Made by a program: the position numbers and the translations under genes. A stretch of 64,000 nt of DNA from Marsupella aquatica (Eukaryota > Plantae > Marchantiophyta), in contig OZ316891.1 of NCBI GenBank assembly GCA_973895155.1, positions 5,613,708-5,677,707 of the forward strand. Direction: 5' to 3'. Below the pieces are notes generated by a model that worked only from the letters and a program-made list of their open reading frames with translations, ran no database searches and was not told where the DNA came from. Shown in pieces: positions 50,721-64,000 of the stretch (the first letter of the stretch is position 1; each line of letters starts with the position of its first letter).

Positions 50721-53700
50721 TGGAGCAGAAAATGCAACCCCAATGGATGATTGGTTGTGAACTTACTGGGTTTTTTGGTATTTGAGTGACAGTATAGAGT
50801 ATTGACTGAATACATTATTCATTCCTGGGCTATTGAAGATCTTGTGATTAGTATCAACGGTGCCTATGTGAGGAGGTAGTAAAAAACCAGGCAACCATTG
50901 GGCTTGCATTTAGGCATATTATCTTTGTTATGTACAGTGTACTAAAAAAAAGAGAACTCCTTATGCTGCACTTAAAGTATTAAGGAAGGAAATAGGGTAC
51001 ATCATTCAAGATGCTCTTCCGCGTTAATCTCTATCCTTAAATCTTCCCAAATTTGTTGAATCTAGTTCATACTTCTTCTTTCCCTTGAAAAGAAATTGTG
51101 AACCCTTTATTATTAATACGGTCTTTTTTGGCCTATGTAAAACTAAAATCATGATCCAAAACTACACTTAAGGGTCTAATGTCTAGAGTGAAGCCTCTAG
51201 ATAGTCTTGGGGGTTAATGAAGTTGGGGGTGAGGGAGGAAAACAAGGATTAGTGGCAGGGTGTATCTCTGAAAATTGCACAATGGGCTTGAATGTTCTCA
51301 CTGCAAATTAAGCTGAAGAAGGGGCACTCAAGCTATAAAACTCTAACACTATGACAAAGTATGGAAAAAATTAACGACTGTGAGTAGCTTCTTTAAGGAG
51401 ACAGAAGGAACCTGGCTGAAAGAAAACACCTTTTTTGTACATTATGTGGCCAGCCCAATCTTGGATAAGGATGTGGCAAAATTTAGTCCAGAAAAACACT
51501 GCTCATCAGTCTCTCACGAAGGAGCCATGAAATACAGACATGGCTGTAACCCTGACAGAAAACTACCTTGTGTTTACACCTTGGTCTACAGTGCCGTAGA
51601 TTGCAAAACACGGGGGAAAATCCAGATCCAGAAATAAAGAACTGGGATTTATTAGACTGCCATCTTTTTTTTGTCATACATAAACTTCATCACTCCTTTT
51701 AGTGCTTTGTCATGATGAACCATGGTTAAGCAAACCAACTCAACTTTGCTCAAAGTGATTCAATGAATGACGGCCACATTTACATGTGATGGCTGACACT
51801 AACTTTGGTCCTAACTTGCCCACCCCCTGCCACCCTCCATATTGCCGTGGGTCTCTTCCTATCACAAATTAAAGGTGACCAGAAGAAAAATCAGTTGGGA
51901 CAGTATGCATGACAGCAAGAGACTCACGAGGTGGAGGGCAGTGACAAGGGGAGTTTGGTGGGGGGGGGGGAGGAGTTTCAATTGTCCGTTGCAAAGATGA
52001 CCACAGGCAAATAAGTCTAAGCTATCATCCTGCGTTACTTTGCCTAACCCATGGTTAGAAAAGATTGTGAGGTAGTCATTAAACCAAAAAGAGTGGCGAA
52101 AATATGCATTTGGACCCAGAAGATTGCAAGACCAGGTGCGCATGGGGCTTGGATTTGACGAGTCACAAAGGAAGTACAGTGGAGCTACAATAATAATACA
52201 CTGTGGACGACAAGAACCTTCGTCATCCACACAGAGGAAAGATAGTGTGAAGAGGAGGTTAATCTATGTGAGAATCTTCTCGAAGGCTTCGTTGAGCATC
52301 TGCGAGACTTTCGTGGGAAAGAGACAATGAAGGAACCCATTATTTGTGATATGTGTACTTTAATGACGTTGTGAGGAAATCACCTCATCAGTGTTGCATA
52401 TCACTTGCATGACAAGTCTTGCCTAGAATAAAACTTTAACAACAGTGCCAGATGCATGCAAATCTTCCCACCCCCACCCCCAAAAAATAATCTTTACCAA
52501 CAGTGAGATGCATGTCAAGTTGCCCAACAAAAAACTTTACCAATTGTGATGCATGTGCGTGTTACTCCTTAAATAATTAGGCAAGCCCCAAGTACCATAG
52601 AGTTGTCTAATTACATAATTGTACAAAAATGCCCTGCGATATTTATAAAACAAAGGGGAGAGCTTATCCCCCCAAAATTGACAAGAATTCTGTGGTTTGT
52701 TTATTATTTAGTCACTTCTTTGGTAGGGTTTAGGGTTAAAAAAATAAGTTGGCTCCACGTTTTCCCCTCCCAGACCTTCTTTGGTAGGGTTAGGGAAAAC
52801 ATGTGGAGCCCACATTATATTTCATTATCAAGATTCATACATTTTGATCTTCCTGATCGTAAAGAAGCCATCATATCTTCCAACATATTCTGGCTGATCA
52901 ACTGCAACTAACAGCAGGTTTGGGCAGATTGGACATCTTTTTTCGATAATTTCTCTGTGTATTATTAGCTAGTAGGTGGAGGGGGTAAGATTTTGGTTGA
53001 AATTAGTCAACAACATCGCTGCCAAGAAGGACCTTGTAGATCTCATTTTGTAGTAGCTCACTTACTTGATTCGAGTTTTAATCAAAGTGATTGCAACTAG
53101 CTCAAAATCAATGTATCCATCTAAATTTATACTACAATATAATTTACATCTAAATCCAGGATTTATGACCTACCCCATATAATGGAGGAGAAAAGTCCCC
53201 AAGAAGATCAAAGAGGTTCAACCGCCAAAGTGTTCCCTACAACAACAAAGGAACAAAGACAAAAACAAAGATACACTAAGTAGCTCATAAGACAAACACC
53301 TTACACGGCGGAGAAATCAAATGCCCGGTGTAGCGGAGAACTGAAATGCCAGCTCGGGAGTAAGCCACATGGGGGTCAGTAAGTGGAATTGGTCTAGAGT
53401 CCTAAAACCACCCTAAAGTGATTTCCAAGAGACCCTAATAGAATTGCATGTACCAAAGCAAGACTTCTATCCTATCCTCGCTTGAATGGGTCTCCTTTTG
53501 GTTTTCAAGAAAAAGAAAAAGAAAAAGCCTTAGTAAGGTGATTTCCAAGACAAGTAAAGCTCCAAGAAGGAGATTCAAATATGAGCCCGGTCAGACCCAC
53601 CTCGGTCCCACTGCGCACCTATGTCCATAGCTTCGTGGAAAACTACGTCAGGCGGCTATGGCGTGTGAGCGTTTGCACCTACTAGTGGAGACCTACGTCA

Positions 53701-54167
53701 GGCCGCTCTACTTTCTAACTTTCTTTCCTTGGAAGCATTACCGTCCAGCTACATTACGCACGCGGCCCACAATCTTCGAATCCTCGAATCCTCCTCACAC
53801 AGTCACACCCAGTGACCCAGCTACAGGTCCTGAATTCCAGATCCATCGAGAGCCTTCTGGATGTTACTAACCAGGTTGGCGGTTGGCAGCGTGTAACGCC
53901 ATATACCCCTACGGTGGTACCCAGGTACCCTTGTAGTCCTGTGGTTTTGCTATGGTGACGACGACGAGTCCGTGCCCTCACAGTATATATAGGGTTGCTC
54001 CCTCCTCATCTTGATAACAGGATTCAGTTTTTTGTTTCGAACAGCAGGGTTCGGTGAATGGTGGTGGACGGCACGAAGTGAGCTTCGAATAGAGATTTGG
54101 TGTCGGAATTCGTGTGAGATCGTTCGTTTCTGTGAGGACTCGTTTCTGTAGCTGGGTGATCTAGTGA

Positions 54168-55550
<1,383 letters not shown>

Positions 55551-56104
55551 TAGAACTGTTTGTTTACCTGTATATAGTCGACATGAAATCTTTAGAAGAG
55601 AAATTGAGTTCGAGGAGTTGCCGAAGGCCTTAATTAATGGCCGTCAAAGCGTTCATTGAATTTCATTGGAAATGATGTAAAGATTCTGAAGTAATCAAGT
55701 GCATTCGGAGACATGCTCCGTGAGTTGTCTTATCTTCTGTTGGTCGCAAGATAGTACGATTTTCTGCAATCATTCAAATGCACTGGAATGCGTAAATTTA
55801 AACACTGTGCCTGACCGTCAAGCTAGGAAACGTTGATCTGTTAGAAGCTGGCGAAAATACGCTGAACTGTACTCTGAGATGTTGTCGTGAACAGCTGAGC
55901 AAATGTCGTTTATGGGAGGTCAGATCAAAGGCTATCAAGTCTTCGCTCTATAAAGTAGTAGCAACATTTTAGCCGTTTTACGGGTCATACTGAAGTCCCT
56001 ATTTCGTAAAGAATGTGCACAATCAGTCAAGTCTACCTTAAATTCTGCGGCACATGTTCGATGACACGGTTTGTAGCCTAAAATTCAATTGCAATAAGCA
56101 ATTG

Positions 56105-56700
56105 GCTTAGGTCAATTGGCTAGGGGATTTGCCTGGAACTGAGGTATTTGTGTGTGAGGTCCCAAGTTCAATCCCCCCTCCACACACTGGGGTGTGGAGG
56201 GTATTTGTGTGTGAGGTCCCAAGTTCAATCCCCCTCCACACCCCGGTGTGTGGAGGGTATTTGTGTGTGGGTGGGCTGAACACCCCCGTGTGTGGAGGGT
56301 ATTTGTGTGTGGGTGGGATGGGTTTTGTGGGTAGTGGATTGGAGTTCTGATTATCTGTTCGGCCCCTGGTCGTCCACTTTGTGGTCCTGATTTAATCCTC
56401 GGTATTTGTGTGTGGGTGGGATGGGTTTTGTGGGTAGTGGATTGGAGTTCTGATTATCTGTTCGGCCCCTGGTCGTCCACTTTGTGGTCCTGATTTAATC
56501 ATCTCTCCTTCCTGGTGCGGGTCCCTGTCGGATCCGTTGGGGCTCACCCTGGTTTGGGTTCCCTACAGAAAAACTGTCACATTGAGATGGGGGAGTCTAA
56601 TTGTATTTCCTCCCCATTTCCGTTCAACACAAAAAAATAAATCTGTCACATTGGGACGGGGGAGTCTAATTGTATTTACTCCCCATTTCTGTTCAAGACA
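56105..56700 (+). mobile_element. SINE-like repeat with internal tandem duplications
   Basis: A-box-like taggtcaattgg and B-box-like agttcaatcc; repeated ggtatttgtgtgtg blocks; ~100-bp duplication 56299-56500; similar to 23180. Confidence 0.45.
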
Positions 56701-59700
56701 AAAAAATTAATTCAGTTGCAATATTTCCTAAAATGAATGTGATTAGCATGACAAGAATGGCAGGACTTGTGTACAGCAGTGCGGCAGAGGAGCGTTCGTT
56801 GGAAGACTTGATGCTATTCGGGCCTGACCTGGGTGTAGAGCTAGAAGACGAATCCGAACCGGGATTGCTTTACAAAGCCGTCGTGGACTTGATGTGAAAC
56901 ACTTCGGATGTGAGCCTGGAAAATGTGGAACGGCTCTACACATTGCGAATCCCCAAAAACCTCATCTTGCCACGGCAATTGTCATTAACGGTAAGATAAG
57001 ACACTTGGCTCCGATTGCTGTTCTCAAAGGTTGTTATTTTTCAGCTGCCTATGATTTTGAAATTAGTGATTCTGTAGCCCTCGATGCTTGTTGTTTAGGT
57101 CCGATTACATTCCAGAACTGGAAATGATCACACACAAAAAACCTGGAAATACTTTCAATACAGGGCTAATGCCTATGACTGATGGGTACGTCACTCCTTG
57201 TAGCCAGACATCTAGACAGTTGCTATCCTCTGAAGCACTCAGTGTTGAGTAATAAATGTGAAGTTAATACCAGGAAACACAGAATGGCCTGATACACAAG
57301 GCTTTTCGAGTACATTGCCCACCCGACCAGAGTCCCACCACAGGCTATTGATATGACTGACCCGAGGGCTCGATCTGATCCTACTTAGCATGGGTAAACT
57401 CGTTCAGTGTTGGGCAAAATTCAAGGCTTTCCTACAGCAATCGAATATACTACCATTGTTTTGAAACATCGTAATAGCTAAGATGATTGACATGTGGTTC
57501 GTTTCAATATATGCTGAGGCTCGCTTTCATTCATCAACAGGTCAGGTAAGCATGAGTCCAGGAGAGAAAAGAACGATAAACGCTATGGAGCTGCGCCTAA
57601 GATGGAAGCTTGCCAGATCTTAAGTAGAGTGCACATCGCATTAAATTGGATGTCAGGAGGAGCAAATTTGCCAGAACAGCAACAGTAGCTCAAATGATGG
57701 ATGCTTCGAGGCCTCGAATAGTCATTTGCTTTAGTACCCCAGGCACGCGTTTAGAAAATTATGCTATCTAGGGATGTGCAACTAAGGACATCGAGTCCAT
57801 TGTACTATTGCTAACTCTTGGACGAATCTGTTCGAACATTGAAGGCTAGAACCCATGAAGCAAACTGGATAGGACCCTTGTGATGAGACCACGGATTTTG
57901 CAAGACAAACATGATTCTTACCCAGGTGTAGCTCTAGAGACATTCGTCTTGCAAAATCGCTAGAGCAAACTAGATGAGCCGACTTCGAGCCCAGATGTTC
58001 ATAGACCCGGTTTCTTCCATTCCAAGAAAAGAGAACAAAAGCCATCCTTGCTACTTTTCAAAAATTGAAGAAACAAACTCGGCAGTGGTGTTGTTGAAGG
58101 ATTTTCCCCTCTTTCTTGTATCTCTTCGCCGACTGAAATAATTGTTATCCCTCCAATGCTTGCCTTTCGTTTAAGTTTAGATGTCTACATTTGTTCCTTC
58201 ACTCTATAATACATTCATTCATTTCGGGACCTCGCTCGAAATTGTCACACCATTGTTCCCGTATATACCATAGATAGTTCGCGAACTTCAGCTACTGTTT
58301 TCAAATTACGCAATGTTGAAGTTTTATCCCCTAAATGCCCTACCTTTGTGACGTTCGATGCACTGTGCTGGTCAAGATAGATGGAGAACTGTTGTACAAT
58401 GTGGGCCTGATGATTAATCCCAAGTAAGAAGATGCCCCACCTTGCTGATCTCAGAGTTCAAATATTGTGATGAACTGTCAGTCATAATTATGAAAGATGG
58501 CGAAGGAACTTTTGGGAAATGCTTCTAACACCCACTATCATTGTGTGTTACTCTTTGTCGTCCACGGACCATTCTGCTGCCAATCACTGCAATGAAAGGT
58601 AAGACTGATGACTTATTTTGTCTAACCTGGACTAGTTTTGAATATCCAGGGGCAGGAATCTCAGAGAACGGATGTCATAACTGCTCATGAATGAGAGCCA
58701 TGTATGAGGGATATGACTAGAGACGACTCCCTTAAATGCTCCTTATTTGACTGACTATATACTGATCACTCTAACGGAGACTGTCAAACAGCCCTGCTGG
58801 TAATCACACATCAAAATGTGACTGCATTCATTGATTGAAAGGAAAAAATTAGGATGTATGCAGGGGTGTCGTACATCGTATATGTCATATTTTGATGTGC
58901 AGTTACCGAGACCCGTCAAACAGTTAATGACCAAACGTGTTCACAATGTACATGTTGAAGAAATGTAAATGAATTTACTGACTGAATGAATTGAGAATCA
59001 ACAGTGGGTCCCTTAAGTGGCAAGGGAAGAATCAGCCGTGGAAACGGCACACGGCGCACTATACAGCCTAGTCCTAATCAAGCCGTTAATGGGATTGCCC
59101 TAAATCTGACGCTGGCAACAGGTGCACCGTATATACATACTAACTAAGATGCACAGCGTAGCCCAGCAGAACTCGGACGTAGCATACAAACACGCCATGA
59201 TCCAGGAAAGCTTCGAAGTCAACTCGAAGTCAACTTGAGGTGAACTCGAAGTCTTTGCTGCGTCAGCTTTGATTGAAAGCCTAGAAACAATGTACCCGTC
59301 ATCTTGCGAAAAGTCGTCGCAGAATGATTAATGGACGCATTCTCTGTTGATAGTTGGATCCAATGCTTCTATTTCTGTCGTCCTTGTGATGATCGTCAGA
59401 AGTGTGACTTTTTGGTAGAGAAGTAATGGGAAAGTTATCTGCACGAATACATAATGGGGCACCAGTGAGGCTACTCTCTACCTTGATTCGTCTGTTCAAT
59501 TTTGCTTCTGGACTCTAAACGATGACCCCATGATAAAATCCAAAAGCATACTTAATTGTCATCAAAAACAAATATGCTCTAGTGGTGCTCGTGCAAAGTG
59601 ACTTTGATCGAAGGTTTTGACCTGGATGCTGATCAAACTTTTAGCACACTCTCAACATCAGATTTTCGGCTTGGATTAGTTTCCAAACTTGCTTGGATTA

Positions 59701-60744
59701 GTTCCTACAGCACAACGGGACAGTCTACATAACTTCCGTGTGTAGAACAAAACAGCGAAGTCATACCATTGCCGAGGTAGTAAGGAGATTATTTTAAATA
59801 CTTGCCTGTCTAGAGCATGAGCAGAGCTTGCCTGAAATGGTAGCCAGTAACGTTTTATTGGAACAACCACCCTACTTTGTAAAAAAACTAAAATACGCTC
59901 AATTTGTATAGTGAATGGAAAATCTGTGACAAGGTACATGTTTTCTAAAACGTCCTCCAAGACCTGCTGGTGGAACACTAAATCCTGTAACAACAAGATG
60001 GCAGTGGAACGTAAGGTATTAGGAGTGGAAACATCAAACCCTTCTAAGAACTCCAATAAACATGCTAGTTACGTACACATCTGCGAAGAGAACTCTGCGA
60101 AGCAGAAGCCGCAAGCTCTCCTCCGATGAGCTTAGAAGGTTTTGCTCTCTTCACTGTAGTTGGGTTGGATCTCAGGAATGGCTTCTAACGCTGGGAATCA
60201 CCACATTGGTACGTGAGGTACTCTAAACATTAGATCTACTAACACTTGTCCATAAAAATAATATTAGAAGGTTTCTGTGCATGCAGAGTAGAATTTGAAC
60301 CAAAGTCAAACCGTAGTGGAGATGATCTTTGTTTCCTGCAGTATGATAATATGTCCGAACTCCCAGCGTTTCAATCTCAATGTTGCCTCAGGTGACCTTG
60401 TTTGGCAATGGGATGACCAGGGATGGTCCCATTGACAGTGGCTCGTCACAGTGGCCACTTCCTCTGCCGAGAACGAAGGAAACGAGCAGAGCAAGCTTAA
60501 AGGTACAGATTTTAGCTTGCATCAACGTACCCAGTCGATACCTTGCCCAAATTACCCAACCACAGTGAAGTTGCTCCTGGTTGAGGAGCGATTGACATAT
60601 ATAATACATGAGCCTCCAGGATGGGAAATGGTCGTCACTCGATCATCGAAATAACAGAAATCGCACCGTCCTACTTGAGGAATGTTATACTTGGAAAGCA
60701 TTTGGCCGTCCCTCGATCGAACAATACTGATCTAGTATTCTAAC

Positions 60745-62632
60745 TTAGAGTAAAAATGGTTGTTGTCCAATTGTTCGACTCTCAAATTCCCGCACTGCAT
60801 CAGCCAATACCGCCATACCAGTGTCCAAAACGTGAAATGCATGGTCGGGGGGGCTCGGCGGCCCGTCGAACCCTATAGGCCCTTTCAGCTTCATCGTCGT
60901 CAGCGCTGGATCTACAAACTCCTCGCAGATTTCAACATGGCGGTCGATGGTGTGATGAAAGTGGTTGTAAGTCATCTTTAAGTCCTCAACTACGACAGTG
61001 TCTTTGTGCGCCACGCCCTGAGGATGGCTGGTGTCCATTGAATTATGTACTCCCGTGGACGAAGCGTATTGCGCCTGAATTGCATACTTCCGATTCGTAA
61101 ACCCCCAACGTTTGGTGTGTTCCGTGCGTCTGTATACCAGCTTTTCAAACATCCATTTCCTGCAGTAATTCCACCACACTTAAGACTTGAGATACATACG
61201 AACCAAGTGATCGAACATGCGAGAAGCGTTCTGTGCAAATATGCCCAGATCAAGCTCACAGGTTTCCCCAATCTTTCATTTGTTTTAAACTCACCTAGTG
61301 TAGTCTTCGACTGGGAATGCCGAAAACTACACGACTTTTTCTCAGCTAACAAAACGAGAGTTACTAATTTCAAGTCAGACCGGAACTGTGAAGGTCAATC
61401 ATGTAGCAAATAAGGTTTTACCTTGCAAGCTCTGCCGCGTCAAGAGATTCATTGCGACAGTGGTCGTGACTCATGAACTTCTGCTTGAAGTGCACTTGCT
61501 GCGCTCTGTGGCCCATGTTGGTGTACTCCAACATGACCTGGTCGAAGGTGAAGGGTTCCGGGACATAGATATACTCGTCCACATCGAAGAAAAAGGTCCA
61601 ATTCGCCAAGGTCTTGCCCTTGAACAGACAGTCGTTGATGACGAGAAACTGACTGAAGTAGTACTGGTCATAGCGTGATTCCTGCCTAATGTTTAAGACA
61701 GTTACAATTCCAAGCTTGACCCAGGGTTGCAGAATCGTCCGCACGCCCTCGTGAATTCCCCCGGCATCGTAAAAGATGAAGTGCGCTCGAGGACCGAACA
61801 GCCACGCGTGATACGCAATCCACTCCCTGATTCTCTGTGGACTGATCGATCCGAATATGGGCGACCCGCAGTAAAGATAATCATATCTGTAGGGCGCTAC
61901 AAAAACTGAGCCATCGTATGCGTTGCGGTCTTCTGTGAGAGCAACCCAGTGTACATCTGGAAGACCTGTGTGATCCGAGCTGCCGTGATTAGCCACAAAC
62001 TCCAGCCTGCCTCCGCTTCCGTCCACCCCAACTCCATCGCCGAACGTGCAATGCACAACGATGACGCTGTACTGCTTTCCCAAGCCCCAGTCAGGAAGAT
62101 GTTTACCAATCCATCCCCGCGCGGTCGAGTTGTCTCCACTCGAAACCCAGCTGCACTCGAAGCCGGGATTCCCCTCCTTGTGGAGCAGCTTGGGGCCCAA
62201 TCCCACCACCGCAAACGCGTTCGGTCCAGTCCGGTAAGCCCCAAATTGTATGTACAAGAAGGCAGAGCTGCCCATGGGCATGTATCGTCGAGGTTGTTCA
62301 AACGATTCTAGATCGTTCAGCTCCTCGTGTTTCCGGTCGTCTTGCACCGATGGCAATTGCCATTCCTCGACTACTTTCACCACAGCTTCTCGTTGTTGTT
62401 GTTGTTGTTCTTCTGTTTGCGTTTGTTTCCTCTCACTTGACCCGGAAGCGATTTCCTCATTTTGTGAAGAGCTGACTCTGGGACAATCGCTGTAGGGCAT
62501 CACAATTCCATCGGGGGTGTAGTGTAGTACTACGAGGAGCACGGCACAGATAATCGTAGCCAGCCAGAAGAACCTTACAACCCCTTTGTGATCCCGCCAC
62601 TTCATCGGACGGAACATGTCGTATACAGTCAT
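60745..62632 (-). CDS. GALS: GT92/DUF23 galactan beta-1,4-galactosyltransferase (GALS-like), ~541 aa; exons 62632-61422, 61159-60745
   Basis: Type II TM anchor; motifs YLYCGSP, IREWIAYH, FIFYDAGG, QFLVINDCL, WTFFFDVDEY (DxD), RKYAIQ, GVH. GT-AG intron 61421-61160 is in frame. Confidence 0.9.
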
Positions 62633-64000
62633 ATCTATCTTCTCTATATTTGCTGCATCCTATTCTAATTCCGGACAATATTGAACATAAGTCGGTCACT
62701 CGCCGAGTCGAACAAATCCGACTTGCTTGCTGTGGGCATTAGATATCCCGCCTCAACTGCCGGGATATGACTCCTTCTGTCTGCTTGCATCAATTTCTAA
62801 TAAATAGAATGCAACACATGAAGCTCCTGACCCATCTGATCCACTACACTAGCCTGTGTAGCTTTGTAGCCAGCATCCTCGGGTGCTGATCGTTGAATCT
62901 GCTCCCTGGATCATAGCTCGGAGTGGAAGGACAGAATTATGGTACGAGCTAAACTGAAATCCATCGATGTGCCATTCAACCGACACACGTCCAACCACTC
63001 TGCTCCTCGGACCATAGACCGTAGTAGGAGAAAAACACAATTTTGATATGAGCTAAGCTGAAATGCATCCATCTGCTAATACAACCGAACAAGCTCCATT
63101 CAACCTGCTCCTCCAACAGTAGAGCGGAGTAGAAATAGAAGGAATTGTCATCTGAGCTGAACTGCAATCCATCAATCTGCCAATTCAAAGGTAAAAACTC
63201 CAATCCTTTTGTGCCCCTCACCAAGTTGCCTCCTCGCCCTCTCCCTCTCTCTCTCTCTCTCTCTCAACACCTTTGATGGCCACAGGCCACTACCTTGAGG
63301 CCCTGGCTTTTCGACAGCCACCCTTTCACAGCGTAACAGGCATGCGAGTCGCATGACACACGAATTGATTAATGATAAAATCAACGTCGAGTCCGGATCT
63401 CGGGAGGCGTGGACTGGTGAGGCTGGCTCGGTCAGACTTACGCAGCTCGTGTGGTTCGAAGCACCTTTCTTCTATTTCTGGGATCTTTGACAACTTTCTC
63501 AATTAGTGCGGACATCCTGCAGGTGCTTCCTTTCATACCTGCTTCAACCCGCTGTGGCGCTGTGCTCGATCGCTTGAGTGGCGTGGTGGTCTCCACTCTC
63601 CAGGTCTCGTGCGCGTGCTCCAATGCAGACCATGTTGTTTTATTATGATAATGTCTTCTTCTATAGATGGGTCAGCAAAGGACTTGATGGGGTCGTTCTA
63701 CCTTGCCACCTTGGGATCATGTCTCCCGGTTTGGCGGCGTTCCTGTCCTTTGCCAGTGCTATATACTAGCCCCTCACTTTTGAAATAGACTTCGTGGGGC
63801 CCCTTGTCACTGCAGCCCTTCCTCCCTTCCTCATGACGTGTGTGATTATTTTTCTCCATTTTTAATTCTCACGCTATACCTACTTACGTCAGTCCACCAG
63901 ATATACTTTATTAGAAGAAAGTTTCTCTGTAGTTGTGCTGAGATATACGCTTGATGGGCATCACGGCCAACCTCATAGGCCAGTAGGTAACTTTTCTTAT

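Overview
This looks like eukaryotic land-plant DNA, probably bryophyte/liverwort-like. That is an inference from plant-type ubiquitin, a GT92 galactan synthase and GT-AG introns. The window holds a locally duplicated family of intronless coiled-coil/RING-HC E3 ligase genes (3 intact, 2 pseudogenes), two divergent polyubiquitin genes encoding variant ubiquitins, a fungal-looking secreted SMP-30/gluconolactonase, a coiled-coil protein and a GALS-like glycosyltransferase. It also holds many transposon remnants: a Harbinger element nested in a Tourist-like MITE, a solo LTR, Helitron-like ends and SINE-like repeats. The standout is an ~8.2 kb element (~10870-19101) bounded by imperfect inverted repeats. 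It carries two intact, spliced, divergent genes: a ~1099-aa Sola-like (DUF7869-type) DD(D/E) transposase and a ~955-aa ParB/Srx-fold + beta-class N6A/N4C DNA amino-methyltransferase. Their shared promoter is packed with TCATGA palindromes. It is a candidate cut-and-paste transposon carrying its own bacterial-type epigenetic writer.
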